From NCBI RefSeq assembly GCF_988243305.1, contig NZ_OZ547136.1: DNA of 64,000 bases. One strand, written 5' to 3'. The position numbers and the translations under genes were made by a program. Position 1 is the stretch's first letter. Each line of letters begins with the position of its first letter. Positions 8,356 to 25,984 of the stretch are shown here, in pieces. Under the pieces are notes generated by a model that saw only the letters and a list, made by a program, of their open reading frames with translations, had not been told where the DNA came from and made no database searches.

Positions 8356-9189
8356 TCAGGATTCCGGTGGAACCGACATATGGCGGTATTTCACTAGAAT
8401 GTCATTCTGCCGTTCTGCTTTATTTTGCAAATCCCAAAGACCGCGGTCGATACCATCATTAATCAGGAAAATGACGCCTGTTTCGATAGCCGACATTAGG
8501 CACAGCATAACGGGTTCGTTCGAGGTGTAACCTACTTCCCCTTCCAGCAAGCGCTGGTAGTCAATAAAGCGGAAAACCCCGGCCTGAACTTCATAGGAAA
8601 GTATCGTCTTACTAGTGTTCACCGAGGAGAGGATCTCGCCGGTACTCACATTGACGACGCGCAGGTTCACGGCAATCTGATCAAGCTGGTATTGCGTGTC
8701 GGCACCGATCCCAAAATATCTTGCCCCAACCCCGCCCGATTTGACGTTGCTTTCATAACCGATAATTGAACCTTCAACCATGATATTTGCCGCCGTTAAA
8801 GACTGCAGCGGGATTCGGTTATTAATGGCAACCGTACCGTTTTCTTGTGCCGCACGAATAATCTTGCGCTCGTTAAGCAGGTTTTGTAAGCCCTGGCGCT
8901 CCAGCGGTATAAACCAGCGAGAATCTTTCAATGCCGTGACCAGCATTGCCGTGGCGCTTTGCGGAACAGCAGTGGAGAAGTTACTTGCCGGGTAGGGTTT
9001 AAATTGCCCGGTTTCGTCCTGAATGTTGTATACCGAAACAAAGATCTTACCCGTCGGCGCTGGCAGATGGGTCAAATCTTTGTAGCTCTGAGCACGAGGC
9101 ATTAATGTCGGTCTGGCGGCTTCTTTAGGCGGGGCGGTTAAGCATCCGCTCAGTAACATGACGGCAACCAAAAGAAATAAGCGCTGCAT
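8356..9189 (-). CDS. csgG: Curli secretion channel lipoprotein CsgG
   Basis: 277 aa; lipobox LLSGC. Confidence 0.95.
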   Translation of the reverse strand: MQRLFLLVAVMLLSGCLTAPPKEAARPTLMPRAQSYKDLTHLPAPTGKIFVSVYNIQDETGQFKPYPASNFSTAVPQSATAMLVTALKDSRWFIPLERQGLQNLLNERKIIRAAQENGTVAINNRIPLQSLTAANIMVEGSIIGYESNVKSGGVGARYFGIGADTQYQLDQIAVNLRVVNVSTGEILSSVNTSKTILSYEVQAGVFRFIDYQRLLEGEVGYTSNEPVMLCLMSAIETGVIFLINDGIDRGLWDLQNKAERQNDILVKYRHMSVPPES

Positions 9190-9215
9190 GATTATTTTCC
9201 TTACGAAGCTGGGGC

Positions 9216-9632
9216 TTAAAAATCGGTTGAGTTATTTTGTAAACCCGAAACCTGGATGGTCGAGGTTTGTCCGGTTTTACGATCTGTCACGTTCAACTGC
9301 AATTGACCATCGCGGTTAGCAATATCAACAATATAATCGTTGGTCACCATGCGGCCCGGTTTACCGGTATTAATATTCGACAGTAGCCCACCTAAAATTT
9401 GTGACTGGATGGCCTGAGTAAAGTTATCTAACGCTGAGGGTGTTTCAATACCATAGTCATCGTTATAGCTCGGATCTTTATACGAGTTTTGGGCCTGGGC
9501 GCTATTTAATAAAAAAGCGCCATTATTTGGGTTACCACCAAAGTTTGGATTACGGAACTGAAAAGTCATTGTTCCAGCCCAACTTAATGGCGAAATAAGC
9601 ATGAGTAGAACTACTGCATGTTTGACACGCAT
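9216..9632 (-). CDS. csgF: Curli assembly protein CsgF
   Basis: 138-aa ORF in csgDEFG operon order. Confidence 0.95.
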   Translation of the reverse strand: MRVKHAVVLLMLISPLSWAGTMTFQFRNPNFGGNPNNGAFLLNSAQAQNSYKDPSYNDDYGIETPSALDNFTQAIQSQILGGLLSNINTGKPGRMVTNDYIVDIANRDGQLQLNVTDRKTGQTSTIQVSGLQNNSTDF

Positions 9633-9656
9633 TGCAGCCTCCGAACAATTTTTTAT

Positions 9657-10046
9657 TTAGAATTCATCATGCGCCAAATCGCCCGTACTTAATAACGCCT
9701 GATTTATCTGGCGACGATTTAGTGCTTCTTCAGTTTGAATCAGTGCAAAGACGACAGTTTTTTCGAAGTCTCTTTTCAACGGGAATAAAAAAGTCTGGAA
9801 AATAACGTCCTGATTGACCGTTATAGTGATCCAGCTTCCCCATCGTGCACTGGGCCTTTCATTAATCGTTAAGTTACCCGTATAGTCACTTTCCCATTTA
9901 TCACTAAAGGCTCGGTAAAAATCATGGCCAATAGATGAAACAGTATGGTCAGTTAACAATCCCGGGACTTCTACCTCAACGGCGTGAAGATTCCCTGCGG
10001 CGAACAGAAATTCTGCCGCCACAATCCAGCGTAAATAACGTTTCAT
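9657..10046 (-). CDS. csgE: Curli secretion specificity factor CsgE
   Basis: 129-aa ORF. Confidence 0.95.
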
Positions 10047-10050
10047 GGCT

Positions 10051-10701
<651 letters not shown>

Positions 10702-11455
10702 GATGAAACCCCGCTTTTTTTATTGATCGCACACCTGACAGCTGCCTCTAAAATAGAAGCACCAGAAGTACTGACAGATGTTGCACTGCTGTGTGTAGTA
10801 ATAAATCAGCCCTAAATGGGTAAAATATAAAACTAATGGATTACATGTGATTTCAATCTAGCCATTACAAATCTTAAATCAAGTGTTAAACATGTAACTA
10901 AATGTAACTCGTTATATTAAAATGTTAATCTTAAGGTTTTGTTAAGTTTAGAAATGATAGAAAAGTTGTACATTTGGTTTTTATTGCACAATTTTAAAAA
11001 ATCATACAAATGGTGCTAACTTACTAATAATGCATATAAAAAATATTTCGGTGTAGTCCTTTCGTCATGTAAAACGTTGTTGTTTTTTCTTCACACCTCC
11101 GTGGACAATTTTTTACTGCAAAAAGACGAGGTTTGTCACGGCTTGTGCGCAAGACATATCGCAGCAATCAGCGACGGGCAAGAAGAATGGCTGTCTGGTG
11201 ATTTTTGATTGCGGAAAACGGAGATTTAAAAGAAAACAAAATATTTTTTTGCGTAGATAACAGCGTATTTACGTGGGTTTTAATACTTTGGTATGAACAA
11301 AAAAAGAAAAATACAACGCGCGGGTGAGTTATTAAAAATATTTCCGCAGACATACTTTCCATCGTAACGCAGCGTTAACAAAATACAGGTTGCGTTAACA
11401 ACCAAGTTGAAATGATTTAATTTCTTAAATGTACGACCAGGTCCAGGGTGACAAC
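10702..11455. promoter_or_regulatory. csgD-csgB divergent intergenic control region
   Basis: ~750-bp AT-rich non-coding stretch between divergent csgD and csgB starts; known multi-factor regulatory region. Confidence 0.8.
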
Positions 11456-11911
11456 ATGAAAAACAAATTGTTATTTATGATGTTAACAATACTGGGTGCG
11501 CCTGGGATTGCAGCCGCAGCAGGTTATGATTTAGCTAATTCAGAATATAACTTCGCGGTAAATGAATTGAGTAAGTCTTCATTTAATCAGGCAGCCATAA
11601 TTGGTCAAGCTGGGACTAATAATAGTGCTCAGTTACGGCAGGGAGGCTCAAAACTTTTGGCGGTTGTTGCGCAAGAAGGTAGTAGCAATCGGGCAAAGAT
11701 TGACCAGACAGGAGATTATAACCTTGCATATATTGATCAGGCGGGCAGTGCCAACGATGCCAGTATTTCGCAAGGTGCTTATGGTAATACTGCGATGATT
11801 ATCCAGAAAGGTTCTGGTAATAAAGCAAATATTACACAGTATGGTACTCAAAAAACGGCAATTGTAGTGCAGAGACAGTCGCAAATGGCAATTCGCGTGA
11901 CACAACGTTAA
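11456..11911 (+). CDS. csgB: Minor curlin (nucleator) CsgB
   Basis: 151 aa; signal peptide then imperfect Q/N/G-rich repeats. Confidence 0.95.
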   Translation: MKNKLLFMMLTILGAPGIAAAAGYDLANSEYNFAVNELSKSSFNQAAIIGQAGTNNSAQLRQGGSKLLAVVAQEGSSNRAKIDQTGDYNLAYIDQAGSANDASISQGAYGNTAMIIQKGSGNKANITQYGTQKTAIVVQRQSQMAIRVTQR

Positions 11912-11951
11912 TTACTATTCGACTTTTAAATCAATCCGATGGGGGTTTTAC

Positions 11952-12407
11952 ATGAAACTTTTAAAAGTAGCAGCAATTGCAGCAATCGTATTCTCCGGTA
12001 GCGCTCTGGCAGGTGTTGTTCCTCAGTACGGCGGCGGCGGTAACCACGGTGGTGGCGGTAATAATAGCGGCCCAAATTCAGAGCTGAACATTTACCAGTA
12101 CGGTGGCGGTAACTCTGCTCTTGCTCTGCAAGCTGACGCCCGTAACTCTGATCTGACCATTACCCAGCACGGCGGCGGTAACGGCGCAGATGTTGGCCAA
12201 GGTTCTGATGACAGCTCAATCGATCTGACTCAGCGTGGCTTCGGTAACAGCGCTACTCTTGATCAGTGGAATGGTAAAGATTCTACTATGACTGTTAAAC
12301 AGTTCGGTGGCGGTAACGGTGCTGCTGTTGACCAGACTGCATCTAACTCCAGCGTTAACGTCACTCAGGTTGGCTTTGGTAACAACGCGACCGCTCATCA
12401 GTACTAA
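11952..12407 (+). CDS. csgA: Major curlin subunit CsgA
   Basis: 151 aa; five S-x5-Q-x-G-x-G-N-x-A repeats. Confidence 0.95.
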   Translation: MKLLKVAAIAAIVFSGSALAGVVPQYGGGGNHGGGGNNSGPNSELNIYQYGGGNSALALQADARNSDLTITQHGGGNGADVGQGSDDSSIDLTQRGFGNSATLDQWNGKDSTMTVKQFGGGNGAAVDQTASNSSVNVTQVGFGNNATAHQY

Positions 12408-12426
12408 TACATCCTCTGTATTAAAG

Positions 12427-12453
12427 AAACAGGGCGCAAGCCCTGTTTTTTTT
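12427..12453 (+). terminator. Rho-independent terminator after csgA
   Basis: Hairpin AACAGGGCGCAAGCCCTGTT followed by T-tract. Confidence 0.75.
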
Positions 12454-12465
12454 CGGGAGAAGAAT

Positions 12466-12849
<384 letters not shown>

Positions 12850-12850
12850 G

Positions 12851-13230
<380 letters not shown>

Positions 13231-13324
13231 GTTTCTGAACAACTCACCTTGCTGAGCAGAAAAATGCGATTTAACCAAAAAGCCTGCTGTACACTTAAGA
13301 AACAAGAAGGTGTAAGGAGGCGTT

Positions 13325-13858
13325 ATGAAAACGCGTATTCATGTTGTGCAGGGTGATATTACCAAACTGGCCGTTGATGTGATTGTGAATGCGGCTAATC
13401 CGTCATTAATGGGAGGCGGCGGCGTCGATGGGGCCATTCATCGCGCAGCGGGTCCGGCGCTGCTGGATGCCTGTTTAAAAGTCAGGCAACAGCAGGGCGA
13501 TTGCCCTACGGGGCATGCCGTTATTACGCTTGCAGGCGATCTTCCCGCGAAAGCCGTAGTGCACACCGTCGGGCCAGTCTGGCGTGGTGGTGAACAAAAC
13601 GAAGACCAGCTTTTGCAGGATGCCTATCTCAATAGCCTACGACTGGTGGCGGCAAACAGCTATACGTCAGTGGCTTTTCCTGCAATTAGTACTGGGGTTT
13701 ATGGTTACCCTCGTGCGGCAGCGGCTGAAATCGCAGTAAAAACCGTTTCAGAATTTATTACCCGTCACGCTTTACCCGAACAGGTATACTTTGTCTGTTA
13801 TGATGAAGAAAACACCCACCTCTACGAAAGACTCCTTACCCAACAAGGAGATGAATGA
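13325..13858 (+). CDS. ymdB: O-acetyl-ADP-ribose deacetylase (macro domain) YmdB
   Basis: 177 aa; macro-domain motifs NAAN...GGGGV. Confidence 0.93.
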   Translation: MKTRIHVVQGDITKLAVDVIVNAANPSLMGGGGVDGAIHRAAGPALLDACLKVRQQQGDCPTGHAVITLAGDLPAKAVVHTVGPVWRGGEQNEDQLLQDAYLNSLRLVAANSYTSVAFPAISTGVYGYPRAAAAEIAVKTVSEFITRHALPEQVYFVCYDEENTHLYERLLTQQGDE

Positions 13859-15281
13859 TTTGCCCCGGCTGGCGAGCGCGGTGCTGCCACTGTGTTCGCA
13901 ACATCCCGGTCAGTGTGGCCTTTTCCCTCTGGAGAAAAGTCTGGATGCGTTTGCCGCCCGGTATCGTCTGGCCGAAATGGCAGAGCATACGCTGGATGTT
14001 CAGTATTACATCTGGCAGGACGATATGTCGGGTCGGTTACTGTTTTCCGCCCTGTTAGCCGCAGCAAAGCGTGGCGTTCGCGTCCGTTTGTTGCTGGACG
14101 ACAACAATACACCCGGACTTGACGACATTTTACGCTTGCTTGACAGTCATCCCCGCATTGAAGTCCGGCTTTTTAATCCTTTCTCGTTTCGCTTGCTACG
14201 TCCGCTTGGTTATATCACCGACTTTTCCCGTCTCAATCGCCGTATGCACAATAAAAGTTTCACTGTTGATGGCGTGGTGACGCTGGTAGGGGGGCGAAAT
14301 ATTGGTGATGCCTATTTTGGTGCAGGGGAAGAGCCACTTTTTTCGGATTTAGATGTCATGGCAATAGGACCAGTTGTAGAGGACGTTGCCGATGATTTCG
14401 CCCGCTACTGGTATTGCAAATCGGTTTCACCCCTACAGCAGGTGCTGGATGTCCCGGAAGGTGAAATGGCGGATCGCATCGAGTTACCCGCCTCCTGGCA
14501 CAACGATGCCATGACGCATCGTTATTTACGCAAAATGGAATCCAGCCCGTTTATAAATCATCTGGTTGATGGAACGTTGCCGCTTATCTGGGCGAAAACA
14601 CGTTTATTAAGTGATGATCCGGCGAAAGGGGAAGGCAAGGCAAAACGGCATTCACTGTTACCGCAGCGCCTGTTCGATATCATGGGCTCACCCAGTGAAC
14701 GCATCGATATTATCTCTTCCTATTTTGTACCGACACGCGCAGGTGTGGCGCAACTCTTACGGATGGTGAGAAAAGGGGTAAAGATTGCGATCCTAACCAA
14801 TTCTCTTGCCGCTAACGATGTTGCTGTCGTCCATGCCGGATACGCGCGCTGGCGCAAAAAATTGCTCCGCTACGGCGTGGAATTATATGAACTCAAGCCG
14901 ACGCGTGAACAAAGTAGTACGTTACACGATCGCGGCATAACCGGTAATTCCGGTGCCAGCCTGCATGCTAAAACCTTTAGCATCGATGGTAAAACGGTGT
15001 TTATCGGCTCTTTCAATTTCGATCCGCGTTCGACATTGCTCAATACTGAAATGGGGTTCGTGATAGAGAGCGAAACGCTGGCACAGTTAATTGATAAACG
15101 CTTTATTCAGAGCCAGTATGATGCGGCCTGGCAGCTCCGTCTGGACAGGTGGGGACGGATCAACTGGGTTGATCGTCATGCAAAGAAAGAAATTGTTCTC
15201 AAAAAAGAACCCGCCACCAGTTTCTGGAAGCGGGTTATGGTCAGACTGGCATCGATATTGCCCGTGGAATGGTTATTGTAA
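13851..15281 (+). CDS. clsC: Cardiolipin synthase C (phospholipase D family)
   Basis: Start overlaps ymdB stop by 8 nt; two HxK(x)4D-type motifs ([16 protein letters not shown]). Confidence 0.9.
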   Translation: MNDLPRLASAVLPLCSQHPGQCGLFPLEKSLDAFAARYRLAEMAEHTLDVQYYIWQDDMSGRLLFSALLAAAKRGVRVRLLLDDNNTPGLDDILRLLDSHPRIEVRLFNPFSFRLLRPLGYITDFSRLNRRMHNKSFTVDGVVTLVGGRNIGDAYFGAGEEPLFSDLDVMAIGPVVEDVADDFARYWYCKSVSPLQQVLDVPEGEMADRIELPASWHNDAMTHRYLRKMESSPFINHLVDGTLPLIWAKTRLLSDDPAKGEGKAKRHSLLPQRLFDIMGSPSERIDIISSYFVPTRAGVAQLLRMVRKGVKIAILTNSLAANDVAVVHAGYARWRKKLLRYGVELYELKPTREQSSTLHDRGITGNSGASLHAKTFSIDGKTVFIGSFNFDPRSTLLNTEMGFVIESETLAQLIDKRFIQSQYDAAWQLRLDRWGRINWVDRHAKKEIVLKKEPATSFWKRVMVRLASILPVEWLL

Positions 15282-15288
15282 ACGCGGC

Positions 15289-16446
15289 TTAACGGGCTGG
15301 TGCTTTATCGTTCTCACGCTTAACAACCGGTTTACCAGAGAACAAAAACTTCAGTAACGGGATGCGTAAATGAATTTCATACAGAATTATCGCAATCCCT
15401 ACTACGAATATCAGGCCACAGAGAAAACCAAGCCAGTTGGAGGTGATGTGCGGTGTAATGTATGCGCCGAAAAACAGCGTTAACGGATGGTGAACCAGAT
15501 AGATAAACAGCGATGCGTTAACAAAATAAGTCACCCGCGCTGACTGGAAGTTAAGCAAACGGTGGCCAAAGGAGAAGACCACATTCACCATCCACAGACC
15601 GAGGACCATGGTGATCACCGACTCGGTTTCGTACATCCAGGCATCGCCACTGCCATAGCGCTGGTTGAGTAAGTAAGCGACAAATGCCAATGCTGCTGCG
15701 AGGGTACAGCCACGAGACGGCGTGGTAAACAAGGCTTTAAGATGAGGGAAAATGAAAGCCAGTGCGCCGAGGATAAAAAACGGCAAATAAAATAGCGTTT
15801 GCATGACAATAAAATTGAACATGCCGTTACTCAGAATGGGCGGATACACAATAAAAATCGTTCTTCTTATTACCGCATAGCTGATGCCGAGGCACAAAAA
15901 AATCACCGATAGTTTTACCATCGAGAATTTTTTATTCGTTTTATCAGAATTTTCTAAATTATTTCTGATGCGCTTGAATATCCAGACGCACAGCGTCGTC
16001 ATGACCACTAACACCAATAAAAACCACAGGTGCGATATTAATTCCCAGGCCAACGTATTATATTTGTCATACAATGACAGTCCAGGCCAACTTTCCGCTT
16101 TCCCTTTGACGTATTGCAGCATAATAAATTGCGGCAATGTCAGTAGGGGGATGGCTGTTAACATCGGGATCCCTACACGTTCGACACGTACTTTCCACCA
16201 TTTTTTCAAGGGATAGCGTAAAAAAAGCATGTAGGAAAAGTACCCGGATATAACGAAAAATACCTGCATGCGGAACGAGTGGATGAAGTCATTAAAAAGG
16301 GTCAGCCATAATGACGGTTCGGCGCTATTCACATGCCATGTATGGCTCGAATAGATTAAAGAAATATGAAAAGGGATCCCTAACAACATCAGCCAGGCGC
16401 GGATGGAGTCGAGGAAATATTCACGTTGCGCGGGTACTGGATTCAT
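15289..16446 (-). CDS. opgC: OPG succinyltransferase OpgC (acyltransferase-3 family membrane protein)
   Basis: 385-aa polytopic membrane ORF. Confidence 0.92.
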   Translation of the reverse strand: MNPVPAQREYFLDSIRAWLMLLGIPFHISLIYSSHTWHVNSAEPSLWLTLFNDFIHSFRMQVFFVISGYFSYMLFLRYPLKKWWKVRVERVGIPMLTAIPLLTLPQFIMLQYVKGKAESWPGLSLYDKYNTLAWELISHLWFLLVLVVMTTLCVWIFKRIRNNLENSDKTNKKFSMVKLSVIFLCLGISYAVIRRTIFIVYPPILSNGMFNFIVMQTLFYLPFFILGALAFIFPHLKALFTTPSRGCTLAAALAFVAYLLNQRYGSGDAWMYETESVITMVLGLWMVNVVFSFGHRLLNFQSARVTYFVNASLFIYLVHHPLTLFFGAYITPHITSNWLGFLCGLIFVVGIAIILYEIHLRIPLLKFLFSGKPVVKRENDKAPAR

Positions 16447-16728
16447 ATATGGTTAACTAATCTCGGATTTTTCGTCTTATCCCTGTCGGGTTATGCCTTT
16501 AGGCTTGTTGCCATAGCGACACCGACCTGACCGCGCCAGGCGCAGGCTTCAAGGTTTTTATGCATAGCATCATCGCTACCACTAACCAGAATGGAAGCGT
16601 CTGTAAGACGGTTGATAAATAAATTTGCTGGCAAACCCTACACGAAGTCGATGCTTCTGTCTTTAGGAGAAGCACGGAAAGTGAAAACGGTTGCAATCAG
16701 GTGCTTAATCCATGAGCCAGCGTGCTGA

Positions 16729-20911
<4,183 letters not shown>

Positions 20912-20919
20912 AAACGTAG

Positions 20920-21015
20920 TTGCCTGATGCGCTACGCTTATCAGGCCTACATCGCTCCTGCAATGTGTTGATTTTGCAAGATTTTGTAGGTCGGATAAGG
21001 CGTTCACGCCACATC
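20920..21015. repeat. REP/BIME palindromic elements
   Basis: GCCTGATGCGCTACGCTTATCAGGCCTAC and GTAGGTCGGATAAGGCGTTCACGCC REP-like units downstream of opgH. Confidence 0.8.
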
Positions 21016-21039
21016 TGGCAAAAACAACGAGCCAATAAA

Positions 21040-21068
21040 AATACCGGCGTTATGCCGGTATTTTTTTA
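21040..21068 (+). terminator. Rho-independent terminator
   Basis: Hairpin TACCGGCGTTATGCCGGTA followed by T7. Confidence 0.7.
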
Positions 21069-21083
21069 CGGAAGAGGTATCAA

Positions 21084-21311
21084 ATGCGTTTAATTGTGGT
21101 GAGCATCATGGTGACCTTGCTGAGTGGCTGTGGCAGCATCATTAGCCGCACTATACCGGGGCAGGGGCATGGCAACCAATATTATCCCGGTGTGCAATGG
21201 GATGTGCGTGACTCCGCCTGGCGTTATGTCACAATCCTTGATCTGCCATTCTCCCTGGTTTTTGATACTTTACTGCTGCCGATCGACATTCATCATGGCC
21301 CGTATGAGTAA
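21084..21311 (+). CDS. yceK: Lipoprotein YceK
   Basis: 75 aa; lipobox LLSGC. Confidence 0.88.
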   Translation: MRLIVVSIMVTLLSGCGSIISRTIPGQGHGNQYYPGVQWDVRDSAWRYVTILDLPFSLVFDTLLLPIDIHHGPYE

Positions 21312-21686
21312 TTAACGTTCATCCCACTCATCAGCTGCTGCGCGTCCTTCCTCGGTATCCAGCGGTGGCTCAAGCTGAAATTCCCCCTCGCCCCATTCAT
21401 GTAATGTATTCTCTTCCTGCCACTCCTGGCGGATCTCTATCTCATCATAGTCGCCATCAAAGACACTTTGCGCGGCTTCACCGCTAAGCATAGGTAAACA
21501 TTCACCTTCTTCCCCTTCGTCGGCAAAAAACTCAACTTGCCACATGATGTCGCCGTCCTGCAAAACGTATTTTTGGGCATTGAACTGTTGCACATTCGCA
21601 TCTTCGGCGTCGATGCCGGGGTTGTCTGCAAGAAATTCTTCGCGTGCAGCGTCAATGGCTTCTTCAAGCGTTGCGTACATGGTCAT
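21312..21686 (-). CDS. msyB: Acidic protein MsyB
   Basis: 124-aa highly acidic ORF (MTMYATLEEAIDAAREEF...). Confidence 0.9.
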   Translation of the reverse strand: MTMYATLEEAIDAAREEFLADNPGIDAEDANVQQFNAQKYVLQDGDIMWQVEFFADEGEEGECLPMLSGEAAQSVFDGDYDEIEIRQEWQEENTLHEWGEGEFQLEPPLDTEEGRAAADEWDER

Positions 21687-21768
21687 CACGATTCTCCCTT
21701 TGAGTTGATGAGGTTTCAGGGAAAAGGATAGCTGATTCTCCGCTTTTACAAGTATGAAAGGCGAAAAA

Positions 21769-22995
21769 TCAGTTCGATACCTGGGGTATTCGACGACGAC
21801 GTAGACTGTTCCATGAATAGACTGCGTTGAATAACACTACGCCAGCGGTGACGAGAAATACCGCTCTGAAACCGTAGTTCGCTGAAATCGCGGCTCCCAT
21901 CAATGGTCCGGTAACGTTTCCAATATCACGAAACGACTGGTTATAGCTGAAGATACGCCCGGCGATTTGGTTGCTCGAGTTGTAAACCAACAGTGTCTGT
22001 ACGGCGGGGAGTAGTGCACCATCGGCGGCACCGAGCAAAAAACGTAAAATCCCAAGTTGTAATGGCGTCTGAACGTAAGACATTGGGATCAACAGCAGTA
22101 CAGAAAAGATCAGCGCCGTAATCAGGATCTTTTCGGGTCCGATTCGATCGCCAAGTTTGCCGAGTCGTGGTGCACTTAGCAGAGCCGCCACGCCTGGCAC
22201 CGAGGCGATCATGCCACTGATAAAGGCGACGTTACTGACGTTACCCGCCAGTTCGCGGACATACAGCGTCAGAATGGGGGCAATTGAGCCCGTTGCCACC
22301 TGGATGATTAACGTAGTGACAAACAGGCTGAGTACCAGTTTCGGGTTTTTAAGTGATGTCACCACTTCACGCATGTGCAGCATCTCTTTTTTGCTGACCG
22401 GCTGGAATTTTTCTCTGATGCAAAACAGGGTGACGAAAAAGCAGAGTATGAGCACACTGGCGGTAATAAAGAATACCGGACGTAAGCCGTAGCTATCGGC
22501 GAGCAGGCCGCCAGCCATTGGGCCGAGCAACGCACCACTAACGCCGCCTGTGGAGAGCGTACCCAGCGCCCAGCCGCTTTTATTACGCGGTACTTGTGTG
22601 GCGATAAGAGCATTAGCGTTGGGGACAAATCCGCCAAGTAACCCAAGAAGCGCCCGTAGGATCAAAAACTGCCAGATATTTTGTGCCAGCCCCATCAACA
22701 CCATCACGATGCCCATGCCGAGGGCAGAGCGTAATAGCATGAGTTTGCGGCCTTTACGGTCGGCGAGTCCACCCCAAAACGGTGAGGCGATGGCAGAAAA
22801 TAAAAATGTAATGCTGAAGACAATACCGGACCACATATTCAAGGCGGAGTGGCCCGTAACGCCAAGCTGCTCAACGTAGAGGGGTAAGAAGGGCATTACC
22901 AGGCTGAAGGCGGCACCCGTAAGAAAACAGCCTAGCCAGGCGACGATCAGGTTTCGTTTCCAGTTTATAGGGGTGTCATTTTCACAGGGTGACAT
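21769..22995 (-). CDS. mdtG: MFS multidrug efflux transporter MdtG
   Basis: 408-aa 12-TM MFS ORF. Confidence 0.93.
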
Positions 22996-23166
22996 AGCAA
23001 TCCGCTGTTGGTGCGCCAGGCGCGGTGAACATAAGAAGAAAAGATAAGCACACTAATTATGCGCCCGACTTCCAGGGGGCGCAATCCAGAGAGCTTTTAT
23101 CGCTAAATCAGGGGGATTTGCTGTGGTAATGCCGGATACCCTTCTGAAGCATCCGGCATGGGAGAT

Positions 23167-24087
23167 TTAATAGCGTGAAGGAACGCCTTCCGGGCGTGTT
23201 TTAAAGCGACGGTGTAACCACATATACTGCTCTGGTGCCATCATGATGCATTTTTCGACCACTTTGTTCATCCACGCGGCGGTGGTTTCGGCATCATCCA
23301 GCGGCGGAGAACACTCTGGCGGCAGCATAATCAACTGATACCCTTTGCCATCTGGCTTACGGCGTGGAACGAAGGGCACCAGACATGCGCCGGACATCCG
23401 TGCCAGCATCCAGGTTCCGGTCGTGGTCGCAGCCTGCTCAACGGCAAACAACGGGACGAAAACGCTTGAGCGCGGGCCGTAATCATGATCCGGTGCGTAC
23501 CAGACCACTTCGCCTTTTTTCAGGGCTTTAATCATGCCTTTTAAATCTTTGCGGTCGAGCATCGATTTATTTGAGCGCAAACGGCCCCAGGTTTGTAGCC
23601 AGTCAATCAGTGGATTATCGTTCGGGCGGTAAACGCCAATCCCCGGTTCCTGCATACCAAACTGCCGCGCACCAAGCTCCAGTGTCAGAAAATGGATGCC
23701 AACTAACAGGATGCCGCGTTTTTGCGCCTGCACGTCACGAATGTGTTCCATGCCGATCACTTCCGTCCAGCGGGCGATTCTGCGGTCCGGCCAGAACCAC
23801 GCCATGCCAGTTTCCATCAGTCCCATGCCAACGGATTCGAAATTCTTCACCACCATTTTACGGCGTTCTTGTTCGCTCATTTCCGGGAAGCACAGTTCCA
23901 GGTTGCGATGCACAATTTTTGCGCGTCGTTTCATAAAACGTAACGCCAGTTTTCCTAATCCACAACCGAGGCGGTAGATAACCGGGTAGGGCAATTGCAC
24001 GACTAACCAAAGTACGCCAATACCCAACCAGGTTAACCAATAACGCGGATGAAGCAGTGCGGTGGAGAACTTGGGTAGATTCGTCAT
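23167..24087 (-). CDS. lpxL: Lipid A lauroyl acyltransferase LpxL (HtrB)
   Basis: 306 aa from [17 protein letters not shown]. Confidence 0.93.
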
Positions 24088-24311
24088 ATCAATCCTGTTT
24101 TTCAACCTATACGGGCAATTGTATGTATTGTCGCATTTTTTCGCCCGCAACCAAAATTTGTGGCTGAAGACTGGGCGAAATTGCCGCGCTTGTAAATAAC
24201 AAATAATTTTTAATGCGCAAATGTAGCGTAAAATGTGTGGATGTTAATTATCGATAATTGCTATATCATGCCGCGGATTTTTACTTTCCCATCTCGCAGG
24301 AACCGTACACC

Positions 24312-25364
24312 ATGCCAGTGTTACACAACCGCATTTCCAACGACGCGTTAAAAGCCAAAATGTTGGCTGAGAGCGAACCGCGAACCACCATTTCGTTTTA
24401 TAAGTATTTCCACATCGCCGATCCTAAGGCGACCCGTGACGCTTTATATCAGCTGTTTACCGCGCTGAATGTTTTTGGGCGAGTGTATCTGGCGCATGAG
24501 GGTGTTAACGCGCAAATCAGCGTACCTGCGAGCAATGTTGAAACATTTCGCGCACAGCTCTATGCCTTCGACCCGGCTTTAGAGGGCTTACGCCTGAATA
24601 TCGCGTTGGATGATGACGGGAAATCCTTCTGGGTTCTGCGCATGAAGGTACGCGATCGCATTGTTGCCGACGGTATTGACGATCCTCACTTTGATGCCAG
24701 CAATGTGGGTGAGTATCTGCAAGCGGCGGAAGTGAACGCCATGCTTGACGATCCCGATGCATTGTTTATCGACATGCGTAACCACTATGAGTATGAAGTG
24801 GGGCACTTTGAAAACGCGCTGGAAATTCCGGCAGATACCTTCCGTGAGCAGCTGCCAAAAGCAGTCGAGATGATGCAGGCACATAAAGATAAAAAAATCG
24901 TTATGTACTGCACCGGTGGCATTCGTTGTGAAAAGGCCAGTGCCTGGATGAAACATAACGGATTCAATAAAGTCTGGCATATCGAGGGCGGAATTATTGA
25001 ATACGCCCGCAAGGCGCGCGAGCAGGGTTTACCGGTACGTTTTATTGGCAAAAATTTTGTTTTTGACGAGCGGATGGGCGAACGTATATCTGATGAGATT
25101 ATCGCGCATTGCCACCAGTGCGGTGCGCCGTGCGACAGCCATACCAACTGTAAAAATGATGGCTGCCACCTGCTGTTTATTCAGTGTCCAGTATGTGCGG
25201 AAAAATACAAAGGTTGTTGTAGTGAGATTTGCTGCGAAGAAAGCGCGTTACCGCCTGAAGAACAGCGACGCCGTCGGGCAGGACGTGAAAATGGCAATAA
25301 GATCTTTAATAAGTCTCGTGGACGTCTGAATACAACACTGGGCATTCCTGATCCAACAGAATAA
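24312..25364 (+). CDS. trhO: Rhodanese-domain tRNA uridine(34) hydroxylase TrhO (YceA)
   Basis: 350 aa from [11 protein letters not shown]; rhodanese active-site CTGGIRCEK. Confidence 0.9.
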   Translation: MPVLHNRISNDALKAKMLAESEPRTTISFYKYFHIADPKATRDALYQLFTALNVFGRVYLAHEGVNAQISVPASNVETFRAQLYAFDPALEGLRLNIALDDDGKSFWVLRMKVRDRIVADGIDDPHFDASNVGEYLQAAEVNAMLDDPDALFIDMRNHYEYEVGHFENALEIPADTFREQLPKAVEMMQAHKDKKIVMYCTGGIRCEKASAWMKHNGFNKVWHIEGGIIEYARKAREQGLPVRFIGKNFVFDERMGERISDEIIAHCHQCGAPCDSHTNCKNDGCHLLFIQCPVCAEKYKGCCSEICCEESALPPEEQRRRRAGRENGNKIFNKSRGRLNTTLGIPDPTE

Positions 25365-25405
25365 ATATCATTGCCGGATGCGTGTCATCCGGCAACATTT
25401 CACTC

Positions 25406-25981
25406 TTACTTCTGCTGTACGCCTTCCACTGAAATAATCAGATCCACTTCCTGAGAAGCTGGACCTAAATCTGTTTTGATATTGAAGTCCTTGAGCTTAA
25501 TTTTGCCTTCGGCCTCGAAGCCTGCACGTTTACCACCCCACGGGTCGTCGCCTTGACCAATTAATTTCGCTTCCAGCGTGACGGGTTTGGTTACGCCATT
25601 CAGCGTCAGATCGCCGGTAATATCCAGTTCGTCACCGTCTTTCTTCACGCTGGTGGAGGTGAATGTTGCCTGTGGATATTTTGCGGTATTGAGGAAATCT
25701 GCACTGCGAAGATGTTTATCGCGTTCGGCGTGATTAGTATCGACGCTGGTGGTGTTAATTGTCACATTCACTTTATCGGCAGCTGGATTTTTTTCATCAA
25801 AGGTAAAAGTACCGTCGAAATCTTTAAAGGTGCCATATAACCAGCTATAGCCAAGATGCTGGATGCGGAAGTTAACAAAGGCGTGCTGACCTTCTTTGTC
25901 AATTTTGTAATCGGCGGCAACCGCTGAACCGGCAGAGAACATCAGGGAAGCGAAGGTTAAACCAAGCAGGCTTTTTTTCAT
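25406..25981 (-). CDS. yceI: Periplasmic YceI-family protein
   Basis: 191 aa with signal peptide. Confidence 0.92.
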
Positions 25982-25984
25982 TTT

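Noticed and set aside
10702-11455. Possible hidden gene in the 750-bp csgD-csgB gap
   Set aside because: Only a short 64-aa minus-strand ORF (11168-11362) with low-complexity translation; the region is known regulatory DNA.
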